Positions 12,861 through 20,000 of a stretch of DNA of 20,000 nt are shown piece after piece. The stretch's first letter is position 1. Each line of letters starts with the position of its first letter. This stretch comes from an uncultured virus (IMG/VR IMGVR_UViG_3300025867_000015) (Duplodnaviria > Heunggongvirae > Uroviricota > Caudoviricetes). The stretch lies in the IMG/VR virus record IMGVR_UViG_3300025867_000015, positions 56,548 to 76,547 of that record. One strand, 5' to 3'. The translations under genes and the position numbers were made by a program. Under the pieces are notes generated by a model that was not told the origin of the DNA, did not search any database, and was given only the letters and a program-made list of their open reading frames with translations.

Positions 12861-15631
12861 TGTTTTCTTTTTAAGAAAAAATCTAACATGTTCGGATTTA
12901 TTAATTTGGAATTATCACTTATTGTTGATGTCCCTATTTTACCATTATCTAATTTAATCCGTAATCTATCAACTATAACATCTATATTTACGATATTAAA
13001 ATAATTTATGAATTTATCATCTATTTTCTTACCTGATTCATCAATAACATATTTTTTCTTCATACCTCTGTCTACATTTATAACTGTTGATCTATTAATA
13101 GTATCACCATTTATTGAAACTGAATTAGATACAGAATTAACATAAAAAATTTCTTCTGTAGGTGCAAAATAAATCCACATCCCCCTTTTTATCCTTCTAT
13201 CCCCACCAGGGATAGTAATAGTACCTTTACGAGTAAATGGTAATATCATATTCGATTCCACTAAAAACTTCATATCATTAGCCAAAAAATCTCTAAACAA
13301 ATCATAATTTACCTTTGACTGATCTCCAACTAACACACTTGTAGCTATATAGGCATCTGGTACAACTTTCTTATGTATACCAAAAATATTAGCAAACTCT
13401 TCAAAATATACTATAGGAAGAAATGCTGCTGTAGTATATTGATTACTGCCTAAAGTACCTATATCTGATGGAATAACTTGATACCAAGTAAAATATGAAC
13501 TTTCCCAATCTAATGAAACATCATTAAACATATCAGCATCGACACTAATAATTTCATTATTCTTAAAATAATCTTGTATCTGAGATTTAGTATATGGAGG
13601 TTGTCTAGCCATGAACACAAATTGATCACCAATAGTATCACCCCAAAATTCAACAAATGGGAATTGACATACTTTATTAATCAACTCTAAAATAGGCCCA
13701 TCTGGATTAGATAACTCTCCATTAGCTAATCTTCTACTATCTAATTGATGATCAATAACCATCTTTATTATTTTCCAAACTCCATTTTGCTCAACACTAT
13801 CTAAATATTCTTTATTTGAGTTGCTTATTACATATGTCTTACTTTGTCTGTCTTCAATTTTCTTTGTTATTCTATTAAATGAACTCTTATAAGAATTAAA
13901 TAAATCACTATTTTTAGGCAATACACCTGTATTAGTCAACTGATTAAAAATAAACCCCAATGAATCTCTTATACTTCTATGAAGAACAGTAAATGTAGAC
14001 ATAAACTGACCTGTAGTAAATATTCTCTTAAAAAATGTATCATCCTTATTATAATTAAGAAAAAAGTCCTTAGCACCATTAACTAATGCAAATGGCATAA
14101 AATAACTACCATCTTCTGATAACAATTTACTAAAATCTCTACCACTAACACTTATTGTAGATATTGCAGAAACTGAATTATATGATTCATGACAAGTATC
14201 AACTAACCCTATCATATCATAAATCTTATTAGGCAACTCATTCTTATCAATAAACATATCCCATTTATTCATATCATATATACTTCTCTTTTTCTCTATG
14301 TCAAGTTTCTCAAATCTAATGAAAACTATATCATTCTGTTGTATATATTTATGAAAATATGATAAATTATACTTATCATTAACTGTCTTATCTATATAAG
14401 AATACAAAGTATCACTAAACTTTTCTACATTATAAATATTATCTATTTCACCTAATGAAAATGAAAAATCTCCACTCTCTGATACTTTAGTATCCATTGA
14501 TATAATAAATGGAGAAATATCTAATATCTTATCTATTGATCTAATATATATCCAACAGCTGAAAGAAACATGTAAATATCTTATAGAATAAGATGAATTT
14601 ATAATCTTCACTTCATGAGCAGGAACATATGTAGGGTCATTTATAAGTGCTTTTAATTCATCTGATAAAAAAGTAGTTAAATTTTGTTGCACTAAAAATA
14701 TGTCTTTCCCAGTAACAGATAATACTTCTAAATTTGTTCTATTTTTAGGCACTATTATCATAGTCCCCACATTTATATCATAGTCTAACTTATCATCAAA
14801 CTTAGGTTTTACTAATTTTCTTTGTTCTATATATTCATCTTTTTCTGAATAAGTGGTAGCGGCTAATATCTTATCTGTTAAACTTTTATATTCTGTAGAA
14901 AATTCATTTTTCTGATCAATATTATACTTATCCCATAATCTATATAAATTACTCATATTAGTAGTACCTTGATATTCTAAAATCTCTTTCTTAGACATTT
15001 TAGGGGTGCCTATAATAGAATTAGGATCTTGAATTAATTTACTAATAGTACTCAACCCAGAATCTTGAACATAATATTCATAATAATCTTTAACAGGAGG
15101 CAAAACAGCTCTTTCAACTGATTTAACTTGTTTAGTAACATTTTTCTTAACTACATCGCTAGGCTCTTTAGAGTAATCTTTTATTTGAAATTTACCACTC
15201 TCAATAGCTATGTGATTAAAAGTCTTATAAAAGAAAAACTCTCTAACTCCTAATGCATATAATTTAACAAACAAATCACTACCACCTCTTATATCTTTCT
15301 TATACTCATCATGTAATATTATATCATCACTAAAAAACTTAAAATCTATTGCTTCTCCATACAAATGTCTTGATGTTTCTGAGCTATTAGGAAGTGTAGA
15401 ATTAAATTCTTTTGTTCTTCTGCTAGAAGTTATAATAACAGACTGTATATTATAGTATACACAAATTTCTACTATAGCTTTCATTATTCTTTCATCAACA
15501 AACATATCTCTTTTACCAAATCCACCTCCACTTATTCCTCTAAAATCATCATAAGTAATACCAACATACTCCGATTTATAATCGAAGTATCTATCATCTC
15601 CTTTAACTAATTTAACTAATTTAATAGACAC
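12851..15631 (-). CDS. baseplate hub / tail-associated lysin (gp27/Tal-like) with N-terminal M15 Zn-peptidase domain
   Basis: 926 aa, GTG start overlapping the TMP stop (TAGTG). SSRRTKEFN...SRHLYGEAIDF...FNHIAIE is the M15 HxxxxxxD...H Zn site. MIGLVD...ISVSGRDFSKLL, PFVEFWGD...ARQPPY and GTITIPGGDRRIKRG...FYVNSVSNS are hub motifs. Confidence 0.85.
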   Translation of the reverse strand: MSIKLVKLVKGDDRYFDYKSEYVGITYDDFRGISGGGFGKRDMFVDERIMKAIVEICVYYNIQSVIITSSRRTKEFNSTLPNSSETSRHLYGEAIDFKFFSDDIILHDEYKKDIRGGSDLFVKLYALGVREFFFYKTFNHIAIESGKFQIKDYSKEPSDVVKKNVTKQVKSVERAVLPPVKDYYEYYVQDSGLSTISKLIQDPNSIIGTPKMSKKEILEYQGTTNMSNLYRLWDKYNIDQKNEFSTEYKSLTDKILAATTYSEKDEYIEQRKLVKPKFDDKLDYDINVGTMIIVPKNRTNLEVLSVTGKDIFLVQQNLTTFLSDELKALINDPTYVPAHEVKIINSSYSIRYLHVSFSCWIYIRSIDKILDISPFIISMDTKVSESGDFSFSLGEIDNIYNVEKFSDTLYSYIDKTVNDKYNLSYFHKYIQQNDIVFIRFEKLDIEKKRSIYDMNKWDMFIDKNELPNKIYDMIGLVDTCHESYNSVSAISTISVSGRDFSKLLSEDGSYFMPFALVNGAKDFFLNYNKDDTFFKRIFTTGQFMSTFTVLHRSIRDSLGFIFNQLTNTGVLPKNSDLFNSYKSSFNRITKKIEDRQSKTYVISNSNKEYLDSVEQNGVWKIIKMVIDHQLDSRRLANGELSNPDGPILELINKVCQFPFVEFWGDTIGDQFVFMARQPPYTKSQIQDYFKNNEIISVDADMFNDVSLDWESSYFTWYQVIPSDIGTLGSNQYTTAAFLPIVYFEEFANIFGIHKKVVPDAYIATSVLVGDQSKVNYDLFRDFLANDMKFLVESNMILPFTRKGTITIPGGDRRIKRGMWIYFAPTEEIFYVNSVSNSVSINGDTINRSTVINVDRGMKKKYVIDESGKKIDDKFINYFNIVNIDVIVDRLRIKLDNGKIGTSTISDNSKLINPNMLDFFLKRKQWE

Positions 15632-17283
15632 TATTTAATAATTTTTGAATTCTTACTATCTACCCAATTCATAAATTTAGTAATAGCTGTAACAAAATTA
15701 GATGTTGCTCTGTTAAACCCTCTAACAGCATCTGTTTGTAAATCTACAAATTTGGCTCTTAATTCCTCTTGAGTAGGGGTAGCTGCAATAGCTCTAGCTT
15801 CTAAATCTGAAACACCAACTTTTCCTTTAAACTCTTGTTTCATCATCTGTCCCATCTTACCATACCCTTTACCTAATATCTCAGCTTGACTAGCTGAAAT
15901 TCCCATAGCACCTTCTAAATTCAAATATAAATTCTCTCCACCACCTGTTATATTCTTTAATAATTCTATCATACCTTCTGCATATCCCGGAGTTCTAAAC
16001 CCAGCTTCTCTCATCTTTCTCAATTCAAAATAACTAGCACCAGGATACATTCTTGATAAAACTGAATATTGTAATGCTTCCATCTGAGGTGATTTAGCAC
16101 CTGTCAATCCACCCTGTAACCCATTTAATAAAGAACTTAAGGCTTCAGGTGACTTACTCAATACATCATCCATACTGGCTAATGATGAAACCATCTTAGA
16201 ATTTACTCCAACATCTATCCTGCCTAATCTTGATAATTGTTCTTTACCTTGTTGAACTATTATAGACAAAAAGTCAGGTACTGCAGACATATCCTGTCCT
16301 CTTACTATCCCACCTGCTCTCATAGCTGCAATAGCTGATTGTATATTACTTAACCCTGTTTGTCCACTTATTGTGGACATCATTTCCATGGAAGAATATA
16401 AATTTTCATCTAAATTAATACCTTTCTTCAATAAAAGCATATTCCTCAATGACTCTTCAATCCCAACACCTGATCTTCTTGACATTGCCAAAGGAGCAAG
16501 TCTCGATAACATATCTATTTTACTAAAACCAAGGGCTTCATTTGCTCTTCTATCTCCCAAACTTGCTTCTCTACCTAATGTAGCATATGATTCTCCCCAC
16601 TGTTTAGCATATTCTGTAGCTAAACTCCATCCCTTTTTTGCAACTTCTGCCCCTATTAAAATACCTATCCCAGCAGCTGCTACTCCACCACCAAAACCAA
16701 CCATAGCACTACCAGTACTACTAGCAACACCTAATCCCATATCAACGGGAGTTTCTGCTCCAGTAAAAGAACGTGTCAAACCTAATGCGATTGTAGAGGC
16801 ACTCAATCTACGATAGTCACGTCTATCTCTCTCTTCTCTAGTTGAAGTATCAGATGACCCTCTAGTACCATACTTATCTTCACGATCATTAAAAACTGTT
16901 TCAGTATCAGATTCTCTGTCTTGTTTATTAAGTAACTCTCTAATCTGTTTTAAAACATCTAATTGTTCATCTTCTACTTTTGATTGACTTATTACATCAT
17001 CATACTGTTGTCTAGCTTCTTCTCTATCTTGCTCACTTCTGGCACTGAACATAGCATTACTAAATTCCAACCTAGATTCTGCCAGAGATGTTTTATTTAT
17101 ACGTTCTCTTAATGAAATTTCTCTCTCTAATGCTTTATTAAATTCTTCCTGTGAAGAAGTTTTACTTCTAATATCATCAACAACCTTTCTTGCTTCTTGG
17201 AATAAACTATCACGAATCTCTTGCATACCTGTCCGAATATCGCCAGGTTCAACAGATAATCTTATTTTCTTATCGACATCCAT
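15631..17283 (-). CDS. tail tape measure protein (short)
   Basis: 550 aa. Charged coiled-coil N-terminus, Gly/Ala-rich hydrophobic segment (GFGGGVAAAGIGILIGA), helical Ala/Gly/Met/Ser-rich body. Located after the chaperones and before the hub. Confidence 0.8.
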   Translation of the reverse strand: MDVDKKIRLSVEPGDIRTGMQEIRDSLFQEARKVVDDIRSKTSSQEEFNKALEREISLRERINKTSLAESRLEFSNAMFSARSEQDREEARQQYDDVISQSKVEDEQLDVLKQIRELLNKQDRESDTETVFNDREDKYGTRGSSDTSTREERDRRDYRRLSASTIALGLTRSFTGAETPVDMGLGVASSTGSAMVGFGGGVAAAGIGILIGAEVAKKGWSLATEYAKQWGESYATLGREASLGDRRANEALGFSKIDMLSRLAPLAMSRRSGVGIEESLRNMLLLKKGINLDENLYSSMEMMSTISGQTGLSNIQSAIAAMRAGGIVRGQDMSAVPDFLSIIVQQGKEQLSRLGRIDVGVNSKMVSSLASMDDVLSKSPEALSSLLNGLQGGLTGAKSPQMEALQYSVLSRMYPGASYFELRKMREAGFRTPGYAEGMIELLKNITGGGENLYLNLEGAMGISASQAEILGKGYGKMGQMMKQEFKGKVGVSDLEARAIAATPTQEELRAKFVDLQTDAVRGFNRATSNFVTAITKFMNWVDSKNSKIIK

Positions 17284-17285
17284 TA

Positions 17286-17666
17286 TTAATTATCATCGTA
17301 CTCTGATAAATCGAAAGATTCAAATTCCTTTTTGAATTTCTTAAATTTTTGCTCTTCCGTTAAATTATCAATATCTTGATCAATATAAAACCAATCTCCT
17401 ATATTAGGTGTATAATCATTCTTCTCCTTTACTTTCTTTATAATCAAATCTTCCTCATACTCAAATCTAATATCTAAAAAAGATACCCTCCGATGTGCTT
17501 CAGAGCCAAAAGCTATTTTATGCTTTTCTCTCCACCAACGATCAAGAGGGTAACGTATATTCCATATATAACAAAAATCTATAACATCTTCATTAGTTGT
17601 AAGACTATTTTGTATATCCAAAACTAACTTCTGAGACTTTTGAAATAATCTCAAAATATTTATCAT
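17286..17666 (-). CDS. putative tail assembly chaperone (second, gpT-position)
   Basis: 126 aa, ATGA-coupled to the upstream gene and immediately before the TMP. Assignment is by synteny. Confidence 0.55.
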   Translation of the reverse strand: MINILRLFQKSQKLVLDIQNSLTTNEDVIDFCYIWNIRYPLDRWWREKHKIAFGSEAHRRVSFLDIRFEYEEDLIIKKVKEKNDYTPNIGDWFYIDQDIDNLTEEQKFKKFKKEFESFDLSEYDDN

Positions 17667-18013
17667 TTCTTCTCATCTTTCTTATTAATCATAAGTTTTT
17701 CAATACTATCTAACCAAGGTTGTATTTGAATATTATAAATTTCTTTTAATTCTAAATAATCTTCTAATCCCATATCTTTAATACTACCTGATTTCAAAGA
17801 CTTAATAAAACTAGGGCAAAATGATACAAAAAATGATTCTATGTCCACCATTAACAATGCTTCATCTGCAATAGGCATACCAAATCTATAAATATTTCCA
17901 TAATTACCACCTGATAATATACTTCTCCATCTCCACAAATCTATAAAATTACCTACACTGGGATTAGAAACAGTGAATGTTTGTCCTTTTACTGAAAAAG
18001 AAAGCTGATCCAT
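17663..18013 (-). CDS. putative tail assembly chaperone (gpG-position)
   Basis: 116 aa, immediately after the tail tube. The N-terminal FSVKGQTFTVSNPSVG followed by helices is typical of tail assembly chaperones. Confidence 0.65.
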   Translation of the reverse strand: MDQLSFSVKGQTFTVSNPSVGNFIDLWRWRSILSGGNYGNIYRFGMPIADEALLMVDIESFFVSFCPSFIKSLKSGSIKDMGLEDYLELKEIYNIQIQPWLDSIEKLMINKKDEKK

Positions 18014-18030
18014 AATTTATTTTACTATTA

Positions 18031-18516
18031 TTAAATTGGAAGTATTACTGGAGTAGTATACTCTCCAGACTGATTAAATGCACTTATCTGATTTTCTGTA
18101 ACATCCCACGATGTATTATCAAGATATATATCTTTTATAGTACAAAAGACAGTACCTTTAGTAGCAGTGACAACATTCTTATCACTTACTGTTAAAATAT
18201 CTTTCTTATATACAACAATATCTATAGGGACGTTTAACAAAACTTTGGTATCTACATACTGTTCTACTGTTTGTACTTCACGATTATCTAATCCGGGTAT
18301 TCCAGTCTTCTTCAAATCTATCATATAGAAATCACATGACCATGTACAAGTAATGGACAGTAATGGTCTCTCCAACTTTGTTACTCTACCAAGTCCCATT
18401 ACACTGCCACGTTGATTAGCTTCTGTACAGCGTAAATTTCTTATCAAGCCTATTGCTACACCATTACGTTTAATAATGGCTCTAGCTGCTGTCATTGTAG
18501 CATTCTGTTCAGGCAT
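18031..18516 (-). CDS. tail tube protein (SPO1/Twort-like myovirus type)
   Basis: 161 aa. AIIKRNGVAIGLIRNL...E...RGSVMGLG...E pattern resembles Herelleviridae tube proteins. Directly follows the sheath. Confidence 0.85.
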   Translation of the reverse strand: MPEQNATMTAARAIIKRNGVAIGLIRNLRCTEANQRGSVMGLGRVTKLERPLLSITCTWSCDFYMIDLKKTGIPGLDNREVQTVEQYVDTKVLLNVPIDIVVYKKDILTVSDKNVVTATKGTVFCTIKDIYLDNTSWDVTENQISAFNQSGEYTTPVILPI

Positions 18517-18544
18517 ATCTTTAAGTATAAAAAATTATCGAATA

Positions 18545-20000
18545 TTATAAGTACAATCTACCAGTAAAGAATATTCCCTTAATCTCACTATTAGGAGATG
18601 CTTCATAGTCTACGAATATCATATCTTGTTCTGTATGTGCAGTCACATTTCTGTATTCTACAATTAAAGTTCCAATTTTTCTCTGTAAATAAATCTTAGT
18701 CCATTCTATTGCATCTTCTTCAGTCAAAGATGATTTATTCACACCATCCGGATCAGACAATAAATCTTTCTTTGAGTTTATGATTAACTCCTTATTCAAT
18801 TGAGATTTTATTCTCTCAATTTGAATTAAATGAGATTCACCATTATTAGTTAAAACAAAATCACTATCTTGTAAAGTATTAACATCATGTAAATTAATAA
18901 ACTTACCAAAATCTTCATCCCATACTGTTACCAAAACACCATAATCATCCGCTATTTCTTTATCTTTATCATTTAACTCTGAAACTAATCCATCTATATC
19001 TAACGATTTAAAGGTAATAGGTACCTGAGGGGCTAATCCAAGAACTCTACCTGTATAATATGCTGCATGGAAAAATGCTTCCCAAATTCTAAACCCTGAT
19101 GCATCTAATTTTGACGCTTTCTTAATGGATCCATGAACTAAATTAACTCTTTCTGAATTAAAATCTGAAGCATACTCAATAGAAGATAATATAGCATCAT
19201 CATGACCAGCTAAAAACAAAAATTTATCATACTTAGCTTCATTAACTATATGATCTAATATAAGTAAAATATCAGTATCTGTTTGTGGCTTAGTAGTGGA
19301 GCATGTAGTTAATATAGCATTATAATCTAAATCTTTAATTACATCTAAAACATCTGCTAAAGAATCATATGTAGCAGACCCTCCAGTTGCGAGTTGAAAA
19401 CTCTTAATATTAATTATGTCTGCTGAAGTAACTGTGCCAAGACCAGTAACTTCACTTTCTTCTTGATCTAAAACAAAATATCTACCAAAATCAGTATTAG
19501 TAAGTCCCCAAGTAATAAGAGTTTGAATATTATCAAATTCAGGAGACTGTGCCATCAATACAAACTTACTATCAGCTTGATATACTTCATCATATGGAAT
19601 ATTATCACTATATAATCCTTTATACTCTCCTCTCCATAATTTATACACCCATTTAGAAGTATCCTTTACTCCTGTCTCAATAGTATAAGCATAACCACTA
19701 TATAACTTAGTAGCATCTAACCCACCAGAGAATTTAGTTGCAGTGCCTGTAGCTGTCCCTGTTACTTCGACAGTAGGAGTAATAATATTACTAGAAGCAC
19801 CATACCCAATAGGGGCACTAAATACTATAGTAGGAGATGTCGAAGATATTACAGAACAAATTCCCAATAACGTCATATTAGCAGCTAACCCTGCCACCAC
19901 TGTTGCTATATTATCACTGTTAGCATTAGTATATGAAGCTACAGTAATACCAGATATTTTTATAGTTATCTTATCAGATGTAGCACCTGCTGATGTAACA
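18545..20000 (-). CDS. contractile tail sheath protein (5'-truncated by the window edge)
   Basis: The frame stays open upstream of the listed GTG at 19900 to the window edge (VTSAGATSDKITIKISG...). Sheath motifs: LATGG, AAYYTGRVLGLAPQVPITFKSL, DVNTLQ, and C-terminal VDYEASPNSEIKGIFFTG. Confidence 0.92.
   Translation of the reverse strand, partial: VTSAGATSDKITIKISGITVASYTNANSDNIATVVAGLAANMTLLGICSVISSTSPTIVFSAPIGYGASSNIITPTVEVTGTATGTATKFSGGLDATKLYSGYAYTIETGVKDTSKWVYKLWRGEYKGLYSDNIPYDEVYQADSKFVLMAQSPEFDNIQTLITWGLTNTDFGRYFVLDQEESEVTGLGTVTSADIINIKSFQLATGGSATYDSLADVLDVIKDLDYNAILTTCSTTKPQTDTDILLILDHIVNEAKYDKFLFLAGHDDAILSSIEYASDFNSERVNLVHGSIKKASKLDASGFRIWEAFFHAAYYTGRVLGLAPQVPITFKSLDIDGLVSELNDKDKEIADDYGVLVTVWDEDFGKFINLHDVNTLQDSDFVLTNNGESHLIQIERIKSQLNKELIINSKKDLLSDPDGVNKSSLTEEDAIEWTKIYLQRKIGTLIVEYRNVTAHTEQDMIFVDYEASPNSEIKGIFFTGRLYL

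Larger units (their letters stand above)
1..20000 (-). mobile_element. segment of a large myovirus-type phage genome (tail/baseplate module plus start of a nuclease/DNA-metabolism block)
   Basis: Uninterrupted co-oriented sheath-tube-chaperones-TMP-hub-spike-wedge-fibre order, followed by HNH and exonuclease genes. No host housekeeping genes are present. Confidence 0.9.

Noticed and set aside
15625..15655. Frameshift fusion of the TMP to the M15-hub protein
   Set aside because: The -1 frame has a TAA two codons before the GTG and there is no slippery heptamer after it. A simple TAGTG stop/start overlap suffices.
4819..16816. Plus-strand ORFs at 4819-5031, 6419-6607, 6679-6993, 8148-8345, 10883-11074, 12816-13004 and 16373-16816
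   Set aside because: All lie antisense within long, motif-bearing minus-strand genes and have the composition expected of shadow ORFs.
17660..17710. Programmed -1 frameshift joining the two tail chaperones (lambda G/GT style)
   Set aside because: The downstream ORF is in the -1 frame, but that frame reads TAA TAA GAA AGA TGA GAA GAA ATG just upstream of its start. The GAAAAAC run lies before these stops and no X XXY YYZ heptamer follows them. ATGA translational coupling explains the junction.
19898..19900. GTG at 19900 as the sheath start
   Set aside because: The frame remains open to the window edge, so the true start lies outside the window.
1..20000. Stop-codon reassignment (as in some gut phages)
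   Set aside because: Genes are full length and tightly packed under the standard code, and TAA, TAG and TGA all end genes at sensible junctions.
2215..20000. Extracellular contractile injection system, tailocin or T6SS rather than phage
   Set aside because: No AAA+ ATPase, toxin or membrane-complex genes were seen, and the module runs directly into phage-type nuclease genes. Capsid genes are outside the window, so this is not formally excluded.
1..20000. Complete DGR, CRISPR array, tRNA, intron or intein
   Set aside because: No reverse transcriptase, nucleotide-level repeat pair, spaced direct repeats or intein motifs were seen by eye. The largest intergenic gap is 77 bp of nearly pure A/T, leaving no room for structured RNA genes.

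Overview
Very AT-rich, densely coded window from a large contractile-tailed (myovirus-type) phage or prophage. All credible genes are on the minus strand. In transcription order (20000 to 1): tail sheath (5'-truncated), tail tube, two putative tail-assembly chaperones, a short tape-measure protein, a baseplate hub with an N-terminal M15 Zn-peptidase, central spike, putative tube initiator, LysM/gp25-like wedge, baseplate J, three mosaic wedge/adhesin genes (680, 246, 619 aa), a fibre-like protein and a small structural protein. After a 77-bp AT-rich gap come non-structural genes: hypotheticals, a Zn-finger/HNH (NinG-like) nuclease, a small putative DNA-binding protein, and a DEDD 3'-5' exonuclease missed by the ORF track. 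Gene order resembles the SPO1/Twort (Herelleviridae) tail module. The lack of Shine-Dalgarno sites and the Fib_succ_major domains suggest a Bacteroidota/FCB host (inference). The most interesting region is 4449-9107. It holds two adjacent genes with circularly permuted Fib_succ_major (FISUMP, C-type-lectin-like) domains, two pilin-like CnaB/SpaA domains with an apparent Lys-Glu-Asn isopeptide triad, and what looks like a gpI/gp7-like wedge gene split around this adhesin cassette. All assignments come from motif recognition by eye; no searches were run.
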